NCBI RefSeq assembly: GCF_964355755.1
Contig: NC_092680.1
Coordinates: forward strand, 10,602,001 to 10,666,000
Direction: 5' to 3'
Length of the DNA: 64,000 nucleotides
From: Antedon mediterranea
Taxonomy: Eukaryota > Animalia > Echinodermata
The notes below the pieces were generated by a model. That model saw only the letters and a list, made by a program, of their open reading frames with translations. It did no database searches and had not been told where the DNA came from. The first letter of the stretch is position 1, and every line of letters starts with the position of its first letter. The position numbers and the translations under genes are program-made. This document shows, piece after piece, positions 51,583 through 64,000 of the stretch.

Positions 51583-54500
51583 TTTCTTTTTTTTTTTTTT
51601 TGAAAATAAATATTGTTTTTGAAAGTGAAATATTGTTATAGTTGTAAATGTCAGGCCTAAACAAGTGGACCTTTTTTAAAATCAGAAACAAAGTTGCATG
51701 ACATTATTTTTCATTGATTGATCATTCATTTCATATAAATAGACTATTATCAGCTCTTCACTCATCTAGTGGGTTGTGGCGTAACCGGTAATGCTCAGGT
51801 TTGAGTTCTCTCAGTAGTGGGTTCGAATCTCTAGGAATATATATATATTTTTTTTTAATTGAAAATAAATATTGTTTTTGATAGTGAGATATTTTATTTT
51901 TATGGTTGTAAATGACATGCCTAACCAAGTCGACCTTTTTAAAAATCAGAAATGAAGTTGCATAGCATTATTTTTCATTGATTGATTTATCCATTCATAT
52001 AAATAGACTATTATCAGCTCTTCAGTCATCTACTGGTTTGTGGCGTAACGGGTAATGCTCAGGTTTGAGTGCTCTCAGCAGTGGGTTCGAACCTATACGG
52101 GTATTTTTTTTTTTTTTTTTAATTGAAAATAAATATTGTTTTTGAAAGTGAGATATTTTTATGGTTGTAAATGTCATGCCTAACCAAGTGGACCTTTTTT
52201 AAAATCAGAAACAAAGTGGCATAACATCATTTTACATTGATTGATCATTCATTTCATATAAATAGACTATTATGATCTCTTCAGGCATCTACTGGTTTGT
52301 GGCGTAACCGGTAATGCTCATGTTTGAGTTCTCTCAGTAGTGGGTTTGAACCTCTTGGGATATTTTTTTTCGTTTTTTTTTAATTGAAAATAAATATTGT
52401 TTTTGAAAGTGAGATATTTTGAGGGTTGTAAATGCATGGCCTAAAGAAAAGGACCTTTTTTAAAATCAGAAACAAAGTTGCATAACATCATTTTACATTG
52501 ATTAATTATTTATTTCATATAAATAGAGTATTATTAGCTCTTCAGTCATCTACTGGTTTGTGGCGTAGCGGGTAATGCTCAAGTTTGAGTGCTCGCAGTA
52601 GTGGGTTCGCACCTCTAAGGAAATTTTTATTTATTTTTTTTTTAAATTGAAAAAAAATATTGTTTTTGAAAGTGAGATATTTTGAGGGTTGTAAATGTCA
52701 GGCCTAAAGAAGTGGACCTTTTTTAAAATCAGAAACAAAGTTGCATGGCATTATTTTTCATTGATTGATCATTAATTTCATATTATCAGCTCTTCAGTCA
52801 TCTACTGGTTTGTGGCGTAACGGGTAATACTCAGGTCTGAGTGCTCTCAGTAGTTAGTTCTAACCTCTAGGGATATTTCTTTTTTCTTTTTTTTTAATTG
52901 AAAATAAATATTGTTTTTGATAGTGAGATATTTTTATGGTTGTAAATGTCATGCCTAATCAAGTCGACCTTTTTAAAAATCAGAAATAAAGTTGCATAGC
53001 ATTATTTTTCATTGATTGATCATCCATTCATATCAATAGACTATTATCAGCTCCTCAGTCATCTACTGGTTTGTGGCGTAACGGGTAATGCTCAGGTTTG
53101 AGTGCTCCCAGTAGTGCGTCGAACCTCTAGGGATATTTTTTTTCTTTTTTTTTAAATTTAAAATAAATATGGTTTTTGAAAGTGTGATATTTTGAGGGTT
53201 GTAAATGTCAGGCCTAAACAAGTGGACATTTTTTCAATCAGAAACAAAGTTGCATGGCATTATTTTTCATTGATTGATCATTCATTTCATATAAATAGAC
53301 TATTATGAGCTCGGCCGTTCCAAGGCAAAACAACGTAACTACAAAATGTTGCTTTTCGAGAAAAATTGAATTGAAGTTTGAGTGTTTGCATTTCAACAAC
53401 AAATTATCGTAATGATGTGAAATTTTGCATGAGTATATATAAATAATAATTATTATTAAATACAAAATGTTAAATAATTTAAACAATTTGATCAAAAGTT
53501 ATTAGCACTTTTAACAGATACGTTGTTTTGCCTTAGAAATGACGTGCATAGAATGAAAGTCATTTCTGAGGCAAAACAACGTAACTGCGATATTCTGTGG
53601 CAAAACAACGTAACTGTGGTCATTCCATGGCAAAACAACGTAACTGTGATGATTTTAAAAACAATGGATTGAAACTCTTTTTGAACAAAAGGGAAGGCTG
53701 CGATCATCTATGATGGCTAGGAACTAGGTTGGCTTAACAAAGAGTGCATTTGAAGCTAGGCTTAGCCATTTGCATCTACTATTTATGATATAGACTTATT
53801 ACATTATTATGTTATAGCCTACCTACTAGCCTGCTACTACAAGGCCTACGTACAACAATGCAAAGACGCCCGTCCAACTAGGCTAGGGATAGCCTAGTTT
53901 CAATGACAATACTGGTGTACTTGGCTAGATTAGGTAGGTCTGTAAAAATAATAGCCTAGCCTAGTTTCAAGCTTGCCTGAACTTTTTCGTAAATATAGTT
54001 AATTCTTAGAATAAATTTTAATACATTAAATTAGTTGTCTAGCGTAATAAGCCTAATATTGTTTAATATATCTTTTACTTTTAGTTAAGATCGTTGCTAT
54101 GCCTATCGTCATGCATCAGTGGTTTCTGTCTCAAAATTACGTAACTTAGCTGATTGTGAGAATTTGAAGCGAAAATCGTAGACATTTCCGTGGCAGATCT
54201 GGTAGATACGTTGTTTTGCCTTGGAAAATACCAGAATTATTTGTTTTTTGCTTAAAGATACGTGGTACTATCTGTAAAATTAATGATCTCTGAAACCTGA
54301 AATTTTTACAGGTTGTTCTTAAATTTGTAATAATTCCCCAAATGTAAAAATCTCAAAATTGACAAAAATGCGAGTTACGTGGTAGGCCTTGGAACGGCCG
54401 AGCTCTTCGGTCATCTATTGGTTTGTGGCGTAACGGGTAATGCTCAGGTTTGAGTGCTCTCAGCAGTGGGTTCGAACCTATACGGGTATTTTTTTTCTTT

Positions 54501-57500
54501 TTTTTTTATTGAAAATAAATATTGTTTTTGAAAGTGAGATATTTTGAGGGTTGCAACTGTCTAGCCTAAACAAGTGAACCTTTTTTAAAGTCAGAAAGAA
54601 AGTTGCATGGCATTATTTTTCATTGATTGATCATCTATTTCATATAAATAGACTATTACCAGCTCTTCAGTCATCTACTGGTTTGCGGCGTAACGGGTAA
54701 TCCTCAGGTTTGAGTGATTTCAATAGTGGGTTTGAACTTCCAGGGATATTTTTTTTCTTTTTTTTTTATTCGAAAATAAATATTGTTTTTGAAAGTGAAA
54801 TATTGTTATAGTTGTAAATGTCAGGCCTGAACAAGTGGACCTTTTTTAAAATCAGAAACAAAGTTGCATAACATTATTTGTCATTGATTGATCATTCCTT
54901 TCATATAAATAGACTATTATCAGCTCTTCACTCATCTACTGGGTTGTGGCGTAACCGGTAATGCTCAGGTTTGAGTTCTCGCAGTAGTGGGTTCGAATCT
55001 CTAGGAATATTTTTTCTTTTTTTTTTTATTGAAAATAAATATTGTTTTTGATAGTGAGATATTTTTATGGTTGTAAATGTCATGCCTAACCAAGTCGACC
55101 TTTTTAAAAATCAGAAATGAAGTTGCATAGCATTATTTTTCATTGATTGATCATCCATTCATATAAATAGACTATTATCAGCTCTTCAGTCATCTACTGG
55201 TTTGTGGCGTAACGGGTAATGCTCAGGTTTGAGTGCTCGCAGTAGTGGGTTCGAACCTCTACGGGAATTTTTTTCTTTTTTTTTATTGAAAATAAATATT
55301 GTTTTTGAAAGTGAGATATTTTATGGTTGTAAATGTCAGGCCTAACCAAGTGGACCTTTTTTAAAATCATAAACAAAGTTGCATAAGATTATTTTTCATT
55401 GATTGATCATCCATTCATATAAATAGACTATTATCAGCTCTTCAGTCATCTACTGGTTTGTGGCGTAGCGGGTAATGCTCAAGTTTGAGTGCTCGCAGTA
55501 GTGTGTTCGCACCTCTAAGGATATTTTTATTTATTTTTTTTTTAAATTGAAAATAAATATTGTTTTTGAAAGTGAGATATTTTGAGGGTTGTAAATGTCA
55601 GGCCTAAACAAGTGGACCTTTTTTAAAATCAGAAAGAAAGTTGCATGGCATTATTTTTTCATTGATTGATCATTCATTTCATATAAATAGACTATTATCA
55701 GCTCCTCCGTCAACTACTGGTTTGTGCCGTAACGGGTAATACTCAGGTCTGAGTGCTCTCGGTAGTGGGTTCTAACCTCTAGGGATATTTCTTTTTTCTT
55801 TTTTTTTTAATTGAAAATAAATATTTTTTTTGAAAATGAGATATTTTGAGAGTTGTAAATGTCAGGCCTAAAGAAGTGGACCTTTTTTAAAATCAGAAAC
55901 AAAGTTGCATGGCATTATTTTTCATTGATTGATCATTAATTTCATATTATCAGCTCTTCAGTCATCTACTGGTTTGAGGCATAACGGGTAATACCCAGGT
56001 TCGAGTGCTCTCAGTAGCGGGTTCCAACCTCTAGGGATATTGCTTTTTTTAGTGAGATATTTTTATGGTTGTAAATGTCATGCCTAACCAAGTTGAAAAT
56101 AAATATTGTTTTTGAAAGTGAAATATTGTTATAGTTGTAAATGTCAGGCCTAAACAAGTGGACCTTTTTTAAAATCAGAAACAAAGTAGACTATTATCAG
56201 CTCTTCACTCATCTACTGGGTTGTGGCGTAACCGGTAATGCTCAGGGGTGAGTTCTCTCAGTAGTGGGTTCGAATCTCTAGGAATATTTTTTCTTTTTTT
56301 TTAATTGAAAATATATATTGTTTTTGATAGTGAGATATTTTTATGGTTGTAAATGTCATGCCTAACCAAGTCGACCTTTTTAAAAATCAGAAATGAAGTT
56401 GCATCGCATTATTTTTCATTGATTGATCATCCATTCATATAAATAGACTATTATCAGCTGTTCAGTCATCTACTGGTTTGTGGCGTAACGGGTAATGCTC
56501 AGGTTTGAGTGCTCTCAGCAGTGGCTTCGAACCTATATGGGTTTTTTTTTTTTCTTTTTTTTTTCATTGAAAATAAATATTGTTTTTGAAAGTGAGATAT
56601 TGTTATGGTTGTAAATGTCAGGCCTAAACAAGTGGACCTTTTTTAAAATCAGAAACAAGGTTGCATAATATTATTTTTCATTGATTGATCATTCATTTCA
56701 TATAAATAGACTATTATCAGCTCTTCAGTCATCTACTGGTTTGTGGCGTAACGGGTAATGCTCAGGTTTGATTGCTCTCAGCAGTGGGTTCGAACCTATA
56801 TGGGTATTTTTTTTCTTTTTTTTTTAATTGAAAATAAATATTGTTTTTGAAAGTGAGATATTTTTATGGTTGTAAATGTCATGCCTAACCAAGTGGACCT
56901 TTTTTAAAATCAGAAACAAAGTTGCATAACATCATTTTACATTGATTGATCATTCATTTCATATAAATAGACTATTATGATCTCTTCAGTCATCTACTGG
57001 TTTGTGGCGTAACGGGTAATGCTCAGTTTTGATTGCTCTCAGCAGTGGGTTCGAACCTATATGGGTATTTTTTTTCTTTTTTTTTTTAATTGAAAATAAA
57101 TATTGTTTTTGAAAGTGAGATATTTTTATGGTTGTAAATGTCATGCCTAACCAAGTGGACCTTTTTTAAAATCAGAAACAAAGTTGCATAACATCATTTT
57201 ACATTGATTTATCATTCATTTCATATAAATAGACTATTATGATCTCTTCAGGCATCTACTGGTTTGTGGCGTAACGGGTAATACTCAGGTCTGAGTGCTC
57301 TCAGTAGTTGGTTCGAACCTCTAGGGATATTTCTTTTTTCTTTTTTTTTAATTGAAAATAAATATTTTTTTAAACCATTTTTATGGTTGTAAATGTCAGG
57401 CCTAAAGAAGTTGACTTTTTAAAAATCAGAAACAAAGTTGCATGGCATTATTTTTCATTGATTGATCATTAAATTCATATTATCAGCACTTCAGTAATCT

Positions 57501-57886
57501 ACTGGTTTGTGGCGTAACGGGTAATACCCAGGTTTGATTGCTCTCAGTAGCGGGTTCCAACCTCTAGGGATATTGCTTTTTTTTTTCTTATTGAAAATAA
57601 ATATTTTTTTGGAAAATGAGATATTTTGGGGGTTGTAAATGTCAGGCCTAAAGAAATGGATCTTTTTTAAAATCAGAAACAAAGTTGCATGGCATTATTT
57701 TTCATTGATTGATCATTCATTTCATATAAATAGAATATTATCAGCTCTTCAGTCATCTACTGGTTTGTGGCGTAACGGGTAATGCTCAAGTTTGTGTGCT
57801 CTCAGCATTGGGTTCGAACCTCTACGGATATTTTTATTTTTTTATAATTATTTTTTTTTAATTGAAAATAAATATTGTTTTTGAAA
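51583..57886 (+). repeat. Satellite C: ~20 copies of a ~260-bp unit with a tRNA-derived segment (A box, B box, oligo-T)
   Basis: Each unit reads TGGCGTAACGGGTAATGC ... GGGTTCGAACC ... T-run. Confidence 0.9.
53312..54400. mobile_element. Non-autonomous TIR element (~1.09 kb) inserted in satellite C, superfamily unresolved
   Basis: agct|CGGCCGTTCCAAGGC ... GCCTTGGAACGGCCG|agct. Internal ggcaaaacaacgtaact repeats occur in both orientations. Neighbouring units show the empty site tattatcagctcttc. Confidence 0.85.
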
Positions 57887-58905
57887 TCAAATACATGTAA
57901 AAAGACTGCCATAAAGCCTCCAAAAGAAGTCAATGTGCTCCTTCGTATTCAGTACTCATGGGTGAGCTTCTTTTCCACCTGGAGTTCTTTTCGAGAGCTG
58001 CTGGGTTCCCGCCCGGAAAATGTTTTATTTACATGATTTGAACAATATTCTAATGTAAATATTAACAGCATCAAAATTTAACAGTGTGGCGTGTTGACCG
58101 CGAATGATTAACATATTATCTTCCCCATAATACACGTGCACAAGCTCATTTGCATAACAACCACGAGGCATACCAAACTGTTTAAAATAAAGAAAATAGA
58201 GTTGCACAGACTCCCGCCTGAGAATGGTACTTTACATGATTTGAAATTATATGAAACAAAATATATAAGACTAACAAGGACAATAGAGCTTGTCCCCGGA
58301 AAGTGCACCTATTCATTGAATTATGAAATTAAATACTACTAGCCCACCATGTTTGGGGCAGAGCTAATAATGAAAATAGAGCCCAGAATTGCACTTATAC
58401 TTATACTTATTACCATACATAATCACCTATGATATTTATGATTATTTGTTAAAAATTCAACTATCCAGATGCGAATTCAAAAAGTTTAGGTAGAGTTTTC
58501 TACTTTAAAAACTCGACTTCGTATATGCCTAAGGCCTAGCCCGGCGGCGGAATTAGTCTAAGTTTCGAAATCGGTCTGGAAATCGGCATCTTTGCAAATG
58601 TTCTATATTTGATCTATTTCACTCTCCATTAACCCGATACAAAAATCATCGGAGACAAACTATCTGTTTAAAACATGTTTATTCTGGGACGGTGCGGCCA
58701 TACACACCAACTACCATCCATAAATGTTTATTCATAACATATTACAATACAATATCTTGCATGAATCGGACATTTCGATACCAATGTAGCAACATTGATT
58801 AACAAAATCAAAATTCAACAGTGTGGCGTGTTGACCGCGAATTACTAACAATACCATCTTTCACACTACACCTACAAAAACTCATTTGCATAATAACAAA
58901 CGGCA

Positions 58906-61900
58906 TATGATGTTAGCACAATATATGTGCATAAATGGCAATATTATATAGCATAATTTTTGAATTTCAAAAAGTGGAAATTTTGGCAATTTTTCGAAAA
59001 AATTTCAATGGTCCCCCGCAGCGAAATTTTCGAAAAATTGCCAAATTTCGACCCTTTTATTTTTTGACATAACTAGTTACGATGGCTCTATAAGATGATT
59101 CTATCACAATATATTTGTATAAATGCCAATATAATAGCATAATTATTGAATTTTAAAAAGTGGAAATTTTGGCCATTTTTCATAAAAATTCCTATGAAAT
59201 TTTCGCAAAAATGGCCAAATTTCAAACCTTTTATTTGTTGACATAACTAGTTACTATGGCTCTATAAGATGATGATAGCACAATATATTTGCATAAATGG
59301 CAATATTATATAGCATACTTTTTTAATTTTAAAAAGTAGACATTTTTGGCATTTTTCGAAAAAATTCCTATGGTCCCCCGCAGGATAATTTTCGCAAAAA
59401 TGGTAAAATTTCAAACCTTTTATTTTTTTGACATAACTAGTTACTCTTGCTGTATAAGATGAGTTTAGCACAATATATTTGCATTAATGGCAATATTATA
59501 GCATAATTTTCGAATTTCAAAAAGTGTAAATTTTCGCCATTTTTCGAATAAAAACCTTATGGTCCCCCAAAGGGAAATTTTCGAAAAATGGCCAAATTTA
59601 GACCCTTTTATTTTTTGACATAACTAGTTACTATGGCTCTATAAGATGATGTTAGCACAATATATGTGCATAAATGGCAATATTATAGCATAATTTTTGA
59701 ATTTCAAAAAGTTGAAATTTTGGCAATTTTTCGAAAAAAATCCTATGGTCCCCCGCAGGCGAAATTTTCTTTACACGTCAGATAAGGCAGAAATCATGAA
59801 TAATTCATTCAAGTGTAAATTTTCGCCATTTTTCGAATAAAAACCTTATGGTCCCCCAAAGGGAAATTTTCGAAAAATGGCCAAATTTAGACCCTTTTAT
59901 TTTTTGACATAACTAGTTACTATGGCTCTATAAGATGATTCTAACACAATATATTTGCATAAATGCCAATATAATAGCATAATTATTGAATTTTAAAAAG
60001 TGGAAATTTTGGCCATTTTTGGAAAAAAATTCCTATGGTCCCCCGCAGGGAAATTTTCACGAAAATAGCCAAATTTCAAATTTTTTATTTTTGGACATAA
60101 CTAGTTACTATGGCTCTATAAGATGATGTTAGCACAATATATGTGCATAAATGGCAATATTATAGCATAATTTTTGAATTTCAAAAAGTGGAAATTTTGG
60201 CAATTTTTCGAAAAAATTTCAGTGGTCCCCCGCAGCAAAATTTTCAAAAAAATTGCCAAAGTTTGACCCTTTTATTTTTTGACATAACTAGTTACGATGG
60301 CTCTTTAAGATGATTCTAACACAATATATTTGCATAAATGCCAATATAATAGCATAATTATTGAATTTTAAAAATTGGAAATTTTTGCCATTTTTCGAAA
60401 AAAAGAATGGAGTAAAAGAATTAAACGAAGGAGACTAAAATGGTATGGACACATAATTAGATTACCGGATGATACCCCAATCAAACAAACAATGAAGGAA
60501 ACTAACAGGAAAGTAAAACGACCCGTAGGAAGACCAAGAAATAACTGGATGAATCAAATAAAGAAAGACTTACAAGGACTAGTAGACACTAACACAATAA
60601 CAAACCATCCTGCCATAAACAGAAAAAAATGGAAACAAATTGTGGAAAGCGTAATGTCGGAAGACGGAAAACGTTAACAACAAACAGTTTCGAAAAAATT
60701 CCTATGAAATTTTCGCAAAATTGGCAAAATTTCAAACCTTTTATTTTTTGACATAACTAGTTACTATGGCTCTATAAGATGATGTTAGCACAACATATTT
60801 GCATAAATGGCAATATTATATAGCATACTTTTTTAATTTTAAAAAGTAGAAATTTTTGCCATTTTTCGAAAAAATCCTATGGTCCCCCGCAGGGAAATTT
60901 TCGAAAAAATGGCAAAATTTCAAACCTTTTATTTTTTGACAAAACAACTAGTTACTCTGGCTGTATAAGATGATGTTAGCACAATATATTTGCATAAATG
61001 GCAATATTATAGCATAATTTTCGAATTTAAAAAAGTGTAAATTTTCGCCATTTTTCGAATAAAAATCTTATGGTCCCCCGAAGGGAAATTTTCGAAAAAT
61101 GGCCAAATTTAGACCCTTTTATTTTTTGACATAACTAGTTACTATGGCTCTATAAGATGATGTTAGCACAATATATGTGCATAAATGGCAATATTATAGC
61201 ATAATTTTTGAATTTCAAAAAGTGGAAATTTTGGCAATTTTACGAAAAAATTCCTATGGTCCCCCGCAACGGAATTTTCGAAAAATTGCCAAATTTCGAC
61301 CCTTTTGTTTTTTGACATAACTAGTTACGATGGCTATATAAGATGATTCTAACACAATATATTTGCATAAATGCCAATATAATAGCATAATTATTGATTT
61401 TTAAAAAGTGGAAATTTTTGTCATTTTTCGAAAAGAATTCCTAACGCAGGGAAATTTTCGCAAAAATGGCCAAATTTCAAACCTTTTATTTTTTGACATA
61501 ATTAGTTACTATGGATCTATAAGATGATGTTAGCACAATATATTTGCATAAATGGCAATATTATAGCATACTTTTTGAATTTTAAAAAGTAGAAATTTTT
61601 GCAATTTTTCGAAAAAATTCCTATGGCAGGGACATTTTCGCAAAAATGGCAAAATTTCAAACCTTTTATTTTTTGACATAACTAGTTACTCTGGCTGTAT
61701 AAGATGTATATATTTGCATAAATGGCAATATTATAGCATAATTTTCAAATTAAAAAATGTGTAAATTTTCGCAATTTTTCGAATAAAAATCTTATGGTCC
61801 CCCGAAGGGAAATTTTCGAAAAATTACCAAATTTAGACCCTTTTATTTTTTGACATAACTAGTTACATAAGATGATGTTAGCACAATATATTCGCATAAA

Positions 61901-62650
61901 TGGCAATATTATATAGCATACTTTTTTAATTTCAAAAAGTGGAAATTTTGGCCATTTTTCGAAAAAATTCCAATGGTCCCCCGCAGCGAAATTTTCGAAA
62001 AATTGCCAAATTTCGACCCTTTTATTTTTTTACATAACTAGTTACGATGGCTCTATAAGTTGATTCTAACACAATATATTTGCATAAATGCCAATATAAT
62101 AGCATAATTATTGAATTTTAAAAAGTGGAAATTTTGGTCATTTTTCGAAAAGAATTCCTATGGTCCCCCGCAGGGAAATTTTCACAAAAATGGCAAAATT
62201 TCAAACCTTTTATTTTTTGACATAACTAGTTACTATGGCTCTATAAAATAATGTTAGCACAATATATGTGCATAAATGGCAATATTATAGCATAATTTTT
62301 TAATTTCAAAAAGTGGAAATTTTGGCAATTTTTCGAAAAAATTCCAATGGTCCCCCGCAGCGAAATTTTCGAAAGATTGCCAAATTTCGACCCTTTTATT
62401 TTTTTACATAACTAGTTACAATGGCTCTATAAGATGATTCTAACACAATATATTTGCATAAATGCCAATATAATAGCATAATTATTGAATTTTAAAAAGT
62501 GGAAATTTTTTCCATTTTTCGAAAAAATTCCTATGGTCCCCCGCAGGGAAATTTTCGCAAAAATGGCCAAATTTCAAACCTTTTATTTTTTGACATAACT
62601 AGTTATTCTGGCTCTATAAGATGATTCTAACACAATATATTTGCATAAAT
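58906..62650. repeat. Satellite D: ~187-bp unit (ggtcccccgcag...gacataactagttac...atttgcataaatg)
   Basis: About 18 copies. gacataactag recurs at ~187-bp spacing. Confidence 0.95.
60404..60687 (+). mobile_element. 5'-truncated RTE-type LINE 3' end with 11-bp TSD
   Basis: RRRLKWYGHIIR..KRPVGRPRNNW..IKKDL..AINRKKW, then stop and a short caa tail. TTTCGAAAAAA at 60393-60403 and 60688-60698. Confidence 0.85.
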
Positions 62651-64000
62651 AAAGTTTCATCGAAATGCACAAATTGGTATAAGACGTTTCCAAATGCGAT
62701 TTGAAGCTATTCTAAGCACTTTTGGGTTTTTATGTTAACAAGTTTATTAAAAAATGAACAAAATGGTTTAAAACGTCTCCAAATGCGATTTGAAGCTATT
62801 CTAAGCACGTTGGTGTTTTTATGTTAACAAGTTTTTCCCATTTTGTGATTTTTGAAAAAAACTTGTTAACATAAAAACACCAAAGTGCTAAGAATAGCTT
62901 CAAATCGCATTTGAGGACGTTTTAGATCATTTTGTGCATTTCAATGAAACTTGGTTACACAAAACATCAAAGTGCTTAAAATCACATTAGAAATCGTTTT
63001 AGACCATTTTGAGCATTTCAATAAAACTTTTCACACAAAAACATCAAAGAGCACAAAATAGCCTAATATGGTATTTAAAAACGTTTTAGACCATTTTGAG
63101 TATTTCGACAATACTTTTTCACACAAAACATCAAAGTGTACAGAATAGCTTCAAATCGCATTTGGAGACGTTTTAGACCATTTTGTGATTTTCGAAAAAA
63201 CTTGTTAACATAAAAACACCAAAGTGCTAAGAATAGCTGCTTCAAATCGCATTTGGAAACGTTTTAGATCATTTTGTGCATTTCAATTTAACTTGTTTAC
63301 ACAAAAACATCAAAGTGCTTAAAATCACATTAGAAACCGTTTTAGAACATTTTGAGCATTTCGAAAAAAACATCAAAGACCATAAAATAGCTTAATATCG
63401 TATTTAAAAACGTTTTAGACCATTTTGAGCATTTCGACAAAACTTTTTCACAAAAAACATGAAAGTGTACAGAATAGCTTTAAATCGCATTTGGAGACGT
63501 TTTAGACCATTTTGTGCATTTCGATGAAACAAAAACATGAAAGTGCTTAAAATCACATTAGAAACCGTTTTAGACCATTTTGAGCATTTCAATAAAACTT
63601 TTCACACAAAAACATCAAAGAGCACAAAATAGTTTAATATCGTATTTAAAAACGTTTTAGACCATTTTGAGTATTTCGAAAATACTTTTTCACACAAAAC
63701 ACCAAAGTGTACAGAATAGCTTCAAATCGCATTTGGAGACGATTTAGACCATTTTGTGATTTTCGAAAAAAACTTGTTAACATAAAAACACCAAAGTGCT
63801 AAGAATAGCTGCTTCAAATCGCATTTGGAAACGTTTTAGATCATTTTGTGCATTTCAATGAAACTTGGTTACACAAAAACATCAAATTGCTTAAAATCAC
63901 ATTAGAAACCGTTTTAGACCATTTTGAGCATTTCGAAAAAACTTTTCATACAAAAATATCAAAGAGCATAAAATAGCTTAATATCGTATTTGAAAAACGT
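62651..64000. repeat. Satellite B, second array (reverse orientation to ~62836, then forward)
   Basis: Same monomers as 40425-46426. Confidence 0.95.

Noticed and set aside
51583-57886. Cluster of functional tRNA genes
   Set aside because: Acceptor, anticodon and outer T stems do not pair and copies are divergent.

Overview
AT-rich eukaryotic (animal, probably marine invertebrate) heterochromatin-like DNA with no ordinary host gene. Four tandem-repeat families fill most of the window: a ~19-bp (CT)-rich satellite (1-36796, interrupted), a 78/87-bp satellite, a ~260-bp tRNA-derived repeat and a ~187-bp satellite. Transposons are nested inside them. The key object is a 7.37-kb DNA transposon (21978-29349). 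I could splice its gene by hand into an intact 11-exon, 897-aa transposase with a RAG1-like N-terminal Zn region, a RING finger and a RAG1/Transib-like DDE core (Chapaev/N-RAG-TP type). Its CAC-starting ends are bipartite and asymmetric: two conserved blocks are separated by 21 vs 11 bp, one helical turn apart, recalling the 12/23 rule. No RAG2-like gene is visible. Only 24 bp upstream lies an intact Penelope-like retroelement (RT + GIY-YIG) with three hammerhead ribozyme copies and an inverted 5' pseudo-LTR. Further right are a piggyBac-like MITE with its empty site, a CR1/L2-type LINE split by a decayed Academ element, other TIR elements and an RTE 3' fragment. All calls are from reading the sequence; no searches were run.
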